A stretch of 64,000 nt of DNA from Gemmatimonadales bacterium (lineage in GTDB: Bacteria > Gemmatimonadota > Gemmatimonadetes > Gemmatimonadales > GWC2-71-9): contig JBFGJG010000021.1 in the NCBI GenBank assembly GCA_041577295.1, positions 1-64,000 on the forward strand. The letters are read 5' to 3'. This document shows, in pieces, positions 36,853 to 46,530 of the stretch. Position 1 is the first letter of the stretch, and each line of letters starts with the position of its first letter. The translations under genes and the position numbers were made by a program. The notes beneath the pieces were generated by a model. The model worked only from the letters and a program-made list of their open reading frames with translations, was not told the origin of the DNA and did no database searches.

Positions 36853-38276
36853 TCGAGACCGGTCAGATCGAGCTTGAATCCTCTTCCCCGTAGCGCCGTC
36901 GCTATGCCAGCCTTCTCGACGGATCTCATGTACGCTTCCATCGGATCGACGACGCGTTTGTCCACCAGTTCGAGCAAGGAGTCGTTGAGCGTGGACATCC
37001 CCAGCTTCTTGCTCGTCTGGATGATCGAAGGAATCTGAAAGGTCTTGCCCTCCCGGATCAGGTTCGACACCGCCGGAGTTGTGAGCAGAATCTCCCAGGC
37101 CGCCGCCCTTCCACCGCCAACCTTCTTGCACAAGGTCTGGGCAAGGACGCCTTTCAAGGACTCTGACAGCATAGTGCGAATCTGTGATTGGCGATCCCCG
37201 GGGAATTGATCTATTACGCGGTCGACAGTCGATGCGGCTGTGGTCGTGTGCAGGGTGCCAAAGACCAGGTGACCCGTCTCGGCTGTTTCGATAGCGATGG
37301 CTGTGGTTTCGAGATCACGCATTTCGCCGACCAGCACCACGTCGGGATCCTCACGTAGCGCCGCGCGTAGGGCGGTTTTGAAGCTAGCGGTGTGCGTACC
37401 GACCTCCCGCTGCGTAATGAGGCACTTCTTGTTCTCGTGAACGAACTCGATGGGATCTTCGATGGTGATCACGTGGTCGGTGCGCTCCCGGTTAATCAGA
37501 TCGATCAGCGCACACAAGGTCGTGGACTTTCCCGATCCGGTCGGACCCGTGACCAACACGAGGCCCTTGGTGAGGTAGCACAGCTGTCGGACCGCTGGGC
37601 TGATGCCGAGATCATCGACGGTGATAATATCAACGGGGATGACCCGGAACACCGAGATCGGTCCCTTGCGGTCACGAGCCACGTTGACCCGAAATCGAGC
37701 CAATCCCGGAATCTCGTGACCAAAGTCGCCGTCACCCGTTTCCCGCCATTCCTCACGAATACGGGGTGGCATGACGGCGAGCAGCATGGCCTCGAGCTCG
37801 CGAGCCGTAAAGGGCTCACCCTCCTGACGCGCCATCTCTCCATGGGTTCGAAAGATCGGCGCCTCCCCGACACGCAGGTGCAGGTCAGAGCTGTTCGTCT
37901 CGACGAGCCGCTGAAGCAACTGGGGGAGCCGTCCGAGGTCCGCCTCGACACTCGCGATCGATGGCGCAGCCTCCCGGCCCTCCGCCTCCGGCATGATGAC
38001 GGCAACCAGTCCGCCGTTCTCGGCCTGGACACGTACCCGTACTCGGCCGTAGCCGAACTCCGTCGTCGGTCCTTCCTCCAGCTGCGTCAGCAGTTCCGGC
38101 GGTGCCACTTCGCGAATCAAGGCGGTGATCTGCCGGTCGGTGACCGGGTTCTTGGAGAGGCGGCGTGCCACACCGCCTTTCACTAGAACAACAGGCTCAT
38201 CCGTCCGAAACCGAATCTGCTCGGCCTGTTCGTCGAGCATTCGCTTTATGAAGGCATCGAGCCGAGCCGGCATCAA
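36849..38276 (-). CDS. pilT: Type IV pilus retraction ATPase with an extra N-terminal domain
   Basis: SDLHL, GPTGSGKSTT, TIEDPIE, LREDPDV..VGEMRD, AETGHLV..TLH, NLIRE. Confidence 0.92.
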   Translation of the reverse strand: MMPARLDAFIKRMLDEQAEQIRFRTDEPVVLVKGGVARRLSKNPVTDRQITALIREVAPPELLTQLEEGPTTEFGYGRVRVRVQAENGGLVAVIMPEAEGREAAPSIASVEADLGRLPQLLQRLVETNSSDLHLRVGEAPIFRTHGEMARQEGEPFTARELEAMLLAVMPPRIREEWRETGDGDFGHEIPGLARFRVNVARDRKGPISVFRVIPVDIITVDDLGISPAVRQLCYLTKGLVLVTGPTGSGKSTTLCALIDLINRERTDHVITIEDPIEFVHENKKCLITQREVGTHTASFKTALRAALREDPDVVLVGEMRDLETTAIAIETAETGHLVFGTLHTTTAASTVDRVIDQFPGDRQSQIRTMLSESLKGVLAQTLCKKVGGGRAAAWEILLTTPAVSNLIREGKTFQIPSIIQTSKKLGMSTLNDSLLELVDKRVVDPMEAYMRSVEKAGIATALRGRGFKLDLTGLE

Positions 38277-38764
38277 GCATTCTCCTTGGGGCGTGCAAAG
38301 ACGACGTGATCACGGTTGATGTAATGCGTTGTTGCACCGTCAAGCACCGTGAAGAACGGATGGGGGACGTCGTTGAGAAAATCGAGCAACCGGCACCGTC
38401 CCTCGGGGAGTTCCATGGTGACTTCCCCCGCGACCGTCGACCCATCAGTCAGCAACAGCTCGACCCGCACCGACTTCAGCGCCTGAAGTCGCTCCGGCTC
38501 CGGCTGCTCGGTGGCTTGGTTCGTGCTCACGCGCACCGTCTGCGCTTTGGTGGCCAGGAGCACGGTGCCATCGTCGTCTGAGCGGATTGGGAAAACTGGG
38601 TCCGGTCGATTCAGTAAATCGATAGGAGATTCCTGTCCCCCGTGGAGCGACGCTCTGGGGAGCAGGAATATCAACCCGCGGTGGCGCTGCCCTTGGGCGA
38701 GTACAACCTCTACCTCGAGCGTCGAGCGCGGGACCGCGAACTCGGAGACACGTTGAGTTGTCAT
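38273..38764 (-). CDS. Hypothetical protein with two tandem similar domains (DUF6812/Sm-like)
   Basis: Two copies of VE..L..G....G...LL.(L/F)LN....(V/F)F. Overlaps the pilT start. Confidence 0.65.
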   Translation of the reverse strand: MTTQRVSEFAVPRSTLEVEVVLAQGQRHRGLIFLLPRASLHGGQESPIDLLNRPDPVFPIRSDDDGTVLLATKAQTVRVSTNQATEQPEPERLQALKSVRVELLLTDGSTVAGEVTMELPEGRCRLLDFLNDVPHPFFTVLDGATTHYINRDHVVFARPKENA

Positions 38765-38837
38765 GGCTGTCTAAGATAGCGAGCGCTCTCGGAGAATTCA
38801 TCGGTCCGGCGCCGGGAAAACTTGAGGTGTTGTTCTA

Positions 38838-40142
38838 TCACAAGAGTGACGCAGCGAGGGTCGCGAGCCCTAAAAAGCTGAGAAACCCCATGACGTCGGT
38901 TACCGTGGTGAGGATGATCGACGACGCCTGTGCGGGATCCTGGCCGAGGGACGAGAGAATCATCGGCACCGACGCCCCTGCAAAGCCAGCGATCACCATC
39001 GACATTACCATGGCAATCCCGATGACGCCTGCGAGTCCGACAGACTGACTCCATACAAACACGCCGAGGGCGGTCACGATTCCAATGGCCACTCCATTGA
39101 CTGCGCCCACGGTTACCTCTTTCGCAGCGATCCCGAACCAATGACGGAGGCGAACCTCGCGGAGAGCGAGCCCGCGCATCGTGACGGCGAGGGCCTGGGC
39201 TCCGGTGTTCCCCGACTGACCAGCCACGACTGGGAGCAGGACGGCGAGCGCCGTGAACCGGGCGATGGTGCCCTCAAAGAGCCCGACCACCGCCGCGGCG
39301 AGGAACGCCGTCGCCAGATTGATATGTAACCAGGGTAATCGCTTGCGTACTGCGAAACTGATTGGCGACAACGCGCGTTCGTCTTTGCTGGCACCGACCA
39401 TGGTCTGAAGATCGACGGTCGCTTCTTCTGCCGCCGCCGTGACGAGCGCTCCGTGGCGTATGACCCCCAAAAGCCGGCCATCGAAGTCGACCACTGGCAA
39501 GCTTGCGAGTTTTTGCTGTTCGAGCACCTCGACGACTTCGCTCTTCGACGCCGTGGCGCGAACCACGGCGGGAGCGGGACGTAGCAACGTCCCCAGCTTC
39601 ACCTTCGGGTCCGCCACGGCGAGCTCCTGCAGTGGCGCGGATCCGGCGATCCGCCCCTCATCGTCCACCGCGTACACGTCGTACACCCGCGTCTCCGGAT
39701 GAGTCCGCAATCGGTTGAGCACTTCGCGGACGAGCGAGTCCGGGCGAAACATCAACACCCGTGGGTCCATCAACCCCCCGGCGGTGTCGACATCGTAATG
39801 CATGAGCTCGGTGAGCTCTTTCGCCATTGCTGCCGGCAAGCGCTCGAGCCACGCCATGCGGACGTCGCGGTCGAGCCGTGATAACGCGGCAGCTGCCCTG
39901 CCCGGGTCCATGGCCTGTAGGACGTCTGTGCCCCCCTCTTTGGGCAACACTTCGAGCACGCTCGCGGCCTGTTCAGACCGCAGGCGAGCCAAAACCACCG
40001 CGGCGTCACGTGCGGGCGCCATGCTCAAGATCCGCGCTACCTCAGCGGGTGGGTGTACGTCGAGGTTGGTCGCTGCATCCACCGGATGATGGTGCACAAA
40101 GTGCCGTAACAAGGCCTGAGTGGGTCCGTCGACACTAGCCAT
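38838..40142 (-). CDS. mgtE: Magnesium transporter MgtE
   Basis: MgtE-N helices, TAGGLM, CBS pair, RLPWL..NL, GNTG.Q, DPA..S..LTT.TD (TM5 Asp). Confidence 0.92.
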   Translation of the reverse strand: MASVDGPTQALLRHFVHHHPVDAATNLDVHPPAEVARILSMAPARDAAVVLARLRSEQAASVLEVLPKEGGTDVLQAMDPGRAAAALSRLDRDVRMAWLERLPAAMAKELTELMHYDVDTAGGLMDPRVLMFRPDSLVREVLNRLRTHPETRVYDVYAVDDEGRIAGSAPLQELAVADPKVKLGTLLRPAPAVVRATASKSEVVEVLEQQKLASLPVVDFDGRLLGVIRHGALVTAAAEEATVDLQTMVGASKDERALSPISFAVRKRLPWLHINLATAFLAAAVVGLFEGTIARFTALAVLLPVVAGQSGNTGAQALAVTMRGLALREVRLRHWFGIAAKEVTVGAVNGVAIGIVTALGVFVWSQSVGLAGVIGIAMVMSMVIAGFAGASVPMILSSLGQDPAQASSIILTTVTDVMGFLSFLGLATLAASLL

Positions 40143-41010
40143 CGGCGTCTCCTTGCGATGTTGGACGTCGTGCTTTTCCCGAGCCGCGCCCGGGCGCTGC
40201 AAATGCAGTGATCACGGTTGACAACCCCACCCAGTACAACTCACCCATGTTAAAAAGTGCCGTGACAAACGCCGCCGCCCGCGTTCGGTCTCCAGCGGTG
40301 TCTGTGAGACGCTGCCGCAGGGCCCGATACTTGATGGCACCGACAAACGTGCCGTGCACATCGACGACTGGTAAGGCGTCGTAGTCGGCCCATCCCGGGT
40401 GAACCGCGATCCCCGCAGTGCTCACCCAATCCTCGAGAGCCGTCAGTTGTCGGTGCATGACCGCCGAGAGTGCCTCCTTGCGTGATGCGAGGAACAGTTC
40501 ACGCATATCGACGACTCCGACAAGCCGATGCTGCCGATCCACGACATAGATGTAGTACAAGAGTCCGTGCGGCGTGCGGGAGAGCTGGCGTTGGGCTTCG
40601 GCCACCGAGAGGTCGTCAGGAAGCGCAAGCACCAGAGGATCGGCAAGAGCTCCCGCCGTCTCGGGTGGATAGTGGAGCAGCTTTTGAATCGCGCGTGCCC
40701 TGCTGGGCTCCATAGCGTCGAGGAGTGTCTTTTGGAGTTCAGGCGTGCCGTGGCGCAGGAGCTCGGCAGCCGCGTGAGGTGCGAGCTCAGTCACGAGCCT
40801 CTGGGCTCGGTCCGCGTCCAGTGCGTGGAGCGCGGCCGCTCCCGCGTTGGGCCCCATGCGGGTCAGCAGCCGCGCGGCATTCTTCTCGGTGAGCTGCTCG
40901 AGAAAGCGCGCGGCGCGATCTGCGGAGAAGCGCTCGAGAACCCGGCCGGCCTCGGCGGGATACGATTGGACGAATCGTTCGACGAGAACGAGCTCCGTTG
41001 CCATGCTCAT
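40135..41010 (-). CDS. MgtE N-domain + CBS-pair protein lacking the TM pore
   Basis: Helical repeats, YP.ETAG.L, YIYVVD...L.GV, ALPVVD. Confidence 0.82.
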   Translation of the reverse strand: MSMATELVLVERFVQSYPAEAGRVLERFSADRAARFLEQLTEKNAARLLTRMGPNAGAAALHALDADRAQRLVTELAPHAAAELLRHGTPELQKTLLDAMEPSRARAIQKLLHYPPETAGALADPLVLALPDDLSVAEAQRQLSRTPHGLLYYIYVVDRQHRLVGVVDMRELFLASRKEALSAVMHRQLTALEDWVSTAGIAVHPGWADYDALPVVDVHGTFVGAIKYRALRQRLTDTAGDRTRAAAFVTALFNMGELYWVGLSTVITAFAAPGRGSGKARRPTSQGDADG

Positions 41011-41825
41011 CGACCCTCCGGGATCAGAACGGATTGTATCTCACCGAACTGCTGAGCCGGAATCAGCACCTGGCCATCCGGGGTCTCTAAAATGACGGCG
41101 GTTGGCGTCGTTTGGAGAATCCGGCCTTCCGCGCCTCCGATGCGGATACGCTGACCGATGCGGTACGTCTGCGCGACATAATATGAAGCAATGATGTTCG
41201 AGACCGCTGTCCGCGCTCCCAGGCCGAACGCAAGCCCGGCGCCCGCCAACACCGAGCCAATGATGACCGCAACGATGCTTCCGAGGATCCGGCCAGTGAG
41301 GCCGATCTGTTCGGCACCCACCACAATTGCCACGAGCACGATGGCCGCTTGTAGGGTTCGTCCGACCACCTCGCCATACGCCACGCCGGCGGCGGCGGAG
41401 GCCGTCGCGACGCGCGACCTCACGATATCGCCGATGATGACGCCGATGAAGACGATGATGATGGTGGCGAGGACGTTGGGGAGATATGACGCGACCTGAC
41501 TGAGCACGCTGGTGACAACCGGCAACCCGAGGGTTTCGATTGCCGCGGCCGAGAAGAACAAGAAGACGACCCAGAATGTGAATGTGCCGACGATAGCCGG
41601 CATGTTGACGCGCAAACCGGCCCCCTCCAGCGCACGAGCGAGCAGTGGCCGGCGCCCGAGATCCTCGAGGCCTCGGTCGAGCAACCGTCGAACCCACGAC
41701 CGGAGGAGACGAGCCACGAGCCACCCGAGAAACAGGAGTGCGGCGGCCGCGAGGAGGTCAGGGAGAAATCCGGCCAATCGCTGTAGGGAGTTGGTCAAGC
41801 TCGTAAACCAGCTCTGACTATCCAT
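41007..41825 (-). CDS. Small-conductance mechanosensitive channel-like protein (TM-helix repeats)
   Basis: FLP.LL.A and YLPN...II repeats, AFGLG...V.N, G.RI.I.G.EG MscS beta domain. Confidence 0.82.
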   Translation of the reverse strand: MDSQSWFTSLTNSLQRLAGFLPDLLAAAALLFLGWLVARLLRSWVRRLLDRGLEDLGRRPLLARALEGAGLRVNMPAIVGTFTFWVVFLFFSAAAIETLGLPVVTSVLSQVASYLPNVLATIIIVFIGVIIGDIVRSRVATASAAAGVAYGEVVGRTLQAAIVLVAIVVGAEQIGLTGRILGSIVAVIIGSVLAGAGLAFGLGARTAVSNIIASYYVAQTYRIGQRIRIGGAEGRILQTTPTAVILETPDGQVLIPAQQFGEIQSVLIPEGR

Positions 41826-41948
41826 GGGAGCCCTCCGGAGTATCGGTGAACGCCCCCGTGGTGAGCCGGTTCGAGAACCCGCTCGATTGGGGGGTGGTGA
41901 AAGCGTATCCGTTGTGACGGGGGCGTACCAGTGGTGGGGGAGACGCGC

Positions 41949-43331
41949 CTAGTTGTTCTCCGCAGGCGGGGATACTCGTCTACGCAGCAGGTGCCAAGCG
42001 AAGCCAACGATCAGCAGCGCCAAGCCAGCCTGAAAAATTACCGGATCCACCCAAACGGCCAGGAAGAGGCATGACAGGAGTCCGATGACGGCGATGCCTC
42101 GGGGGTAGCGGCGCTGGTTCGCGGGCAAACGCAGTGCCGCGAGGTTGGTGATCGCGTAATAAATGAGCACCGTGAACGCGCTGAAGGACCATGTGACGCG
42201 CACATCTCTGAGAAGCACCAGCCCCGCTACGAGCACCGCTGTCAACGCGACGGCCGGAGCGGGGGTCGTCTGCTGTCGATCCACACGGGAGAACACCCCG
42301 GGGAGATCCCCGCGCCGTCCCATGGCCAACGCCACCCGGGACAATCCCAGGAGGAGATTGAGCAGGACCCCCGCCATGGCCGCGATCGCGCCGACGGCGA
42401 CGGCCGTCGTGAGCCCAGGACTTGCCAACCCTCGGGCGACTGCCTCGAGCGGGGCAGCCGATTCCGCTGTCGCCCGTGCCAGCCGGGCCGATCCCAACGT
42501 CCCAATCGCAATCCAACCGACCGCGAGGTAGATGCCGAGGGCGGCGAGGAGAGTGAGGATCACCGCCTTGGGGATCGTGTGCTTTGGCTCGGCTACCTCT
42601 TCGCCGAGTGTTGCGATGCGTCCGTATCCGGTGAATGCGACGAACATGAGCGCCGTGCCATGAAAGATCGGTCCCCAGGCACCGCCGGGGCCGTTCCCTC
42701 CGCCGGATGGGAAGATCGTAGCCATTCGCACGGCACCACCGGCACCGCGCACCAGGCCCACGAGCACGAGAAGGCCGAGCGCGATTAGTGTCGTCGAGAC
42801 CACTACGGTGTTCCAACGACTCGACGTCCGCATCCCGCTGAGGATCACCATGGTCAACACACCAACGCAGGACAGGGCCACCGGTAGCCGCCAGATTGCG
42901 TCGGTCGCCCCCAGTGCATTGACGATATACCCCGATAGTCCGAGCGCTGCGGTCGCTGCCGATGCGGTCTTCGCGCAGAGGAACATCCACCCGGCCGTGA
43001 ATCCGAGGGCAGGTGTGAGGTATCGGTAGCCGTACTCGTACGTTCCGCCGCTCACCGGATGCGACGCAGCCAATTGGGCGCTCGACAGCCCATTGCAGGT
43101 GGCCACCGCAGCCGCGATTGGGATGGCGAGGATCAGGCCGGGTCCAGCGACCCCGGCAGCGATCCCCAGACTCACAAACACACCCGTTCCCAGGATCGAC
43201 CCGAGTCCCAACAGCACGGCCTCGCGCGTTCCGAGTACCCGGCTGAGTGGTTGGCTGGGAATCCGGTACGCGACGCTGCCGCCGTAGGAGCCGCGATACG
43301 ACGAACGAGATGCGGAGCGGTTCGTGGGCAT
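41949..43331 (-). CDS. APC-family amino acid permease (start uncertain)
   Basis: L.R.LG, GSILGTGVF, P.SGGTY.Y, FVAFTGY, EE...P...IP. Confidence 0.88.
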   Translation of the reverse strand: MPTNRSASRSSYRGSYGGSVAYRIPSQPLSRVLGTREAVLLGLGSILGTGVFVSLGIAAGVAGPGLILAIPIAAAVATCNGLSSAQLAASHPVSGGTYEYGYRYLTPALGFTAGWMFLCAKTASAATAALGLSGYIVNALGATDAIWRLPVALSCVGVLTMVILSGMRTSSRWNTVVVSTTLIALGLLVLVGLVRGAGGAVRMATIFPSGGGNGPGGAWGPIFHGTALMFVAFTGYGRIATLGEEVAEPKHTIPKAVILTLLAALGIYLAVGWIAIGTLGSARLARATAESAAPLEAVARGLASPGLTTAVAVGAIAAMAGVLLNLLLGLSRVALAMGRRGDLPGVFSRVDRQQTTPAPAVALTAVLVAGLVLLRDVRVTWSFSAFTVLIYYAITNLAALRLPANQRRYPRGIAVIGLLSCLFLAVWVDPVIFQAGLALLIVGFAWHLLRRRVSPPAENN

Positions 43332-43493
43332 TTGATGGCCGTCCGCCGCTTCATCCCGCAACTCCCGGACCATTCCCAGCCCCCGTCCTATGCGGCGCAC
43401 CGTCCTCTTGAGGCGGTGGAGTATCGGATCAGCGCGACACACGGGCGGCCTCTAGCCAGCCGTGGTGCGGTTGTCGTCCCGCATGGTGGGCTC

Positions 43494-44486
43494 TCATCGC
43501 TCGTTGACAACGAGCACCGCTGCGCCCCGCACCCGACCACGCCTCAGGTCGTCGAGCGCCTCGTTGGCCTGCGGTAGGTCGTAGGAATGGATCTCCGTCC
43601 GTACGGCGGCCTCCTGCGCGATCCGAAGAAACGCTTCACCATCCCGGCGCGTGAGATTGGCTACCGAACGCACAACGCGCTCTCCCCAGAGGATGCTGTA
43701 GGGAAACGACGGAATGTCGGTCATGTGAATGCCGGCACAGACAACCGTCCCCCCTGGCGCAGTATGACGCAACGCTGTGGGAATGAGGTCACCAACGGGA
43801 GCGAAGATGATCGCGGCATCGAGCGTCTGGGGAGGGTGTTCGTCCGATCCACCCGTCCATTCCGCTCCGAGATTCTTGGCGAACGCTTGCCCTTTGCGAT
43901 CTCCGGGGCGGGTGAAGGCGAACACGCGGCGTCCCTGGTGGCGGCAAACCTGGGCGATGATATGCGCTGCTGCTCCGAACCCGTAGATACCCAATCGCTC
44001 GGCGTCGCCGGCGGCGACGAGGGATCGATATCCGATGAGGCCGGCGCACAGCAGCGGGGCGGCCTCATGGTCAGCATAACCATCGGGAATAGGGAAACAG
44101 AATCTGGCGTCGGCAACCGTATAGTCGGCGTACCCACCGTCGATCTGATACCCGGTAAATCGAGCCCGTTCGCAGAGGTTTTCGCGGTCGGACTGGCAAT
44201 ACGTGCACGTGCCACACGTCCACCCGAGCCACGGCACCCCCACCCGATCACCCTCGCGGTAGGCGGTAACGGCGTCACCCGAGGACACCACGGTTCCGAC
44301 GATCTCATGCCCGAGGATCAACGGGAACTTGGGGTTGGACAGATCGCCGTCGGTCACGTGAAGGTCGGTCCGACACACACCACACGCGCGCACGCGGAGA
44401 AGGAGTTCTCCCGAGTCGGGGACCGGGCGCGAAACTTCTCGCCACTGAAGGGGTTCACCAGCGCGGTCGAGCACCATCGCGCGCAT
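43494..44486 (-). CDS. Zinc-dependent alcohol dehydrogenase family protein
   Basis: CGVCRTD, GHEIVG, CG.C.YC....ENLC, LLCAG, YGFG.A. Confidence 0.92.
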   Translation of the reverse strand: MRAMVLDRAGEPLQWREVSRPVPDSGELLLRVRACGVCRTDLHVTDGDLSNPKFPLILGHEIVGTVVSSGDAVTAYREGDRVGVPWLGWTCGTCTYCQSDRENLCERARFTGYQIDGGYADYTVADARFCFPIPDGYADHEAAPLLCAGLIGYRSLVAAGDAERLGIYGFGAAAHIIAQVCRHQGRRVFAFTRPGDRKGQAFAKNLGAEWTGGSDEHPPQTLDAAIIFAPVGDLIPTALRHTAPGGTVVCAGIHMTDIPSFPYSILWGERVVRSVANLTRRDGEAFLRIAQEAAVRTEIHSYDLPQANEALDDLRRGRVRGAAVLVVNER

Positions 44487-44539
44487 CAGCGACCAACGCT
44501 GTCTAGTCTCGGTCCGAATGGCCAGTTACCGTTGTGTCC

Positions 44540-45238
44540 ATGCGCGTCCTCGTCGGCACCAGCGGGTACTCGTACAAAGAGTGGAAGGGGAGCTTTTATC
44601 CCGAGAAGCTCACGGCGTCCGCCATGCTGGGGTACTACGCCGAGCGCTTTGACACGGTTGAAATCAACAACACGTTTTATCGCATGCCCACCGAGAAGTT
44701 GTTGCTGCAGTGGGCTGAGCAGGTGCCGGAGACGTTCACTTTCGTTTTGAAAGCCTCTCGCCGGATCACTCACCTCAAACGGCTGCGAGATGTGGGTGAC
44801 GAGACGATGTACCTTTGCGAGACAGCCTCGGTCCTCCGTGGCAGGCTTGGTCCGACGTTGTTCCAACTCCCTCCCAACATGAAGAAGGACATGGAGCGTT
44901 TGACCACGTTTCTCGACGTGCTGCCAGAGGGATGGCGAGCCGCCATGGAGTTTCGTCACGCGTCGTGGTTCGACGCGGAAGTGTACGACGCGTTACGCCG
45001 CAAGGATATCGCTCTGGTCATTGCGGAGACGGAGGAGATGGCAGTGCCGTTTGTGTCCACAGCTCAATGGGGGTATCTGAGACTGCGGCGTGAGGATTAC
45101 GACGGTGGCGACCTGAAATCCTGGGCGGATCGGGTCGGCAGTCAGGCTTGGAAGCAGGCATACGTTTTCTTCAAGCACGAGGACGAGGCGAACGCACCGC
45201 GGTTTGCTGCCGAGTTTGGCGAGCTGATGGGGACGTGA
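44540..45238 (+). CDS. DUF72 family protein
   Basis: GTSG.SY..W.G.FYP, VEINNTFY, LFQLPP, EFRH.SW, YLRLR, FFKH. Confidence 0.92.
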   Translation: MRVLVGTSGYSYKEWKGSFYPEKLTASAMLGYYAERFDTVEINNTFYRMPTEKLLLQWAEQVPETFTFVLKASRRITHLKRLRDVGDETMYLCETASVLRGRLGPTLFQLPPNMKKDMERLTTFLDVLPEGWRAAMEFRHASWFDAEVYDALRRKDIALVIAETEEMAVPFVSTAQWGYLRLRREDYDGGDLKSWADRVGSQAWKQAYVFFKHEDEANAPRFAAEFGELMGT

Positions 45239-45250
45239 TCCGGCAGTCGG

Positions 45251-45649
45251 TTAGCGACTGCGTTTCCATCGGTCGATCTCCCGTCTCTCCTTCTTGGTGG
45301 GTCTGCCCTTCGTCTTGAAGTCGAAGGATGGTTGCACATGCATCTCTGTCGACCGTCGTTCTCTGGCGCGTATGCTCTCCACGGTCTCCTCGTAGAGCGC
45401 GGCGGCCTCGGCTGGTGGGCCTCGGCGCTCTGATAGCGCCCGTATAATGACCGTCTGCTCGAACGGTCCCTTACGCATGCGGACCTCGTCGCCTACCTGC
45501 ACGAGTTTCGAGCGCTTCACGCGCTGTCCCTGAAGCTGCACCTTCCCACCCGCGATGGCTGCGGCTGCGAGTGACCTTGTCTTGTAGAAACGTGCGGCCC
45601 AGAGCCACCGGTCGAGACGGACGCGTTCCTCAGGTTCAGCGGGTGGCAT
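45251..45649 (-). CDS. hslR: Ribosome-associated heat shock protein Hsp15 (S4 domain)
   Basis: RLDRWLWAARFYKTRS.A, RRGP..A..LY.ET, GRPTKKERR. Confidence 0.93.
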   Translation of the reverse strand: MPPAEPEERVRLDRWLWAARFYKTRSLAAAAIAGGKVQLQGQRVKRSKLVQVGDEVRMRKGPFEQTVIIRALSERRGPPAEAAALYEETVESIRARERRSTEMHVQPSFDFKTKGRPTKKERREIDRWKRSR

Positions 45650-45705
45650 GGTCTGCTGTCTGGATTCCCATTACCGGCTTACGCTCGCGACCAGTCGGAG
45701 AGCTG

Positions 45706-46449
45706 CTAGGGCACAGCGCGGGCAAGGGTGTCATGATGTGAGCCGATCAGCGTGCGTAAGTAGGTCCCTATGCGGTCTGCGCCGTCAAACCCAGCCGCGC
45801 GGGCGGCGGCATCCTCCCGCTCCGGCGGGATATCGGCGCTTTCGGCGAAGTGTTTGATGTCACGATACACTCCCACCGTATACAGGTCCCAGGCGGCGCC
45901 TGCCACCCGATCGAAGATCAGATTTTGGGGACGGCCCAGGATCCCGAGAAAGGTGTTCTCCATCTCCCGCTCCTGGCGCAAATCTCGACGCTTACCCGGG
46001 AGCGCAACGAACATCTCCACGTGATAGTAGCTTCCACCTTTCAGGGCGGCGGCGACCGTCTCGATGGATGGGCCGGTGACGAAGACGTCTTCCTGCCAAG
46101 CGATGAGGGGTTGCAGCGCGCGGTCATGAGCGTCCGGTGCCGCAAATTTGCCAGCGGCCTGCGTGCGCCTCGTCACTCGCTGCGGCGCGTAGTAGCTCTC
46201 GAAGCTCTCCATCGGGAAGATTAGGAGGAGATCCCACTGGTCGCCCTGACTATGCCGCATCATGAATGGCGGGTGCTCGCCGACAGCATCGAAGTAGGCG
46301 CGACGTGATTGGTAGCGATCGATCAGCTCGAGCAGCGCTCCGGGAGCCGCCCTGACCAAAACCGTGCGATAGAGGTACGCGCTGTCGCTGGCCATCACGC
46401 CCTGAGTCAGGAACGCTGCCAAGACCATCCCGAGCATCGACACCCCCAT
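45706..46449 (-). CDS. Secreted hypothetical protein, two NIPSNAP/dimeric alpha-beta-barrel-like repeats
   Basis: Signal-like N-terminus; duplicated A.PG....L and G..WDL motifs. Confidence 0.6.
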   Translation of the reverse strand: MGVSMLGMVLAAFLTQGVMASDSAYLYRTVLVRAAPGALLELIDRYQSRRAYFDAVGEHPPFMMRHSQGDQWDLLLIFPMESFESYYAPQRVTRRTQAAGKFAAPDAHDRALQPLIAWQEDVFVTGPSIETVAAALKGGSYYHVEMFVALPGKRRDLRQEREMENTFLGILGRPQNLIFDRVAGAAWDLYTVGVYRDIKHFAESADIPPEREDAAARAAGFDGADRIGTYLRTLIGSHHDTLARAVP

Positions 46450-46530
46450 GGTTGACGCCTGTGAGCGGGAAGGTGAGCGACGCGCTCTCGCGCCGCAAGA
46501 CGAGCTTTTAGTCGAGTATCTTTACGCGTC

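Noticed and set aside
43332..43442. Long N-terminal extensions given by the ORF track for the permease and several other genes (e.g. 2011, 5749, 17535, 25440, 37131, 47995)
   Set aside because: Downstream starts fit RBS position, stop/start coupling and family N-termini better.
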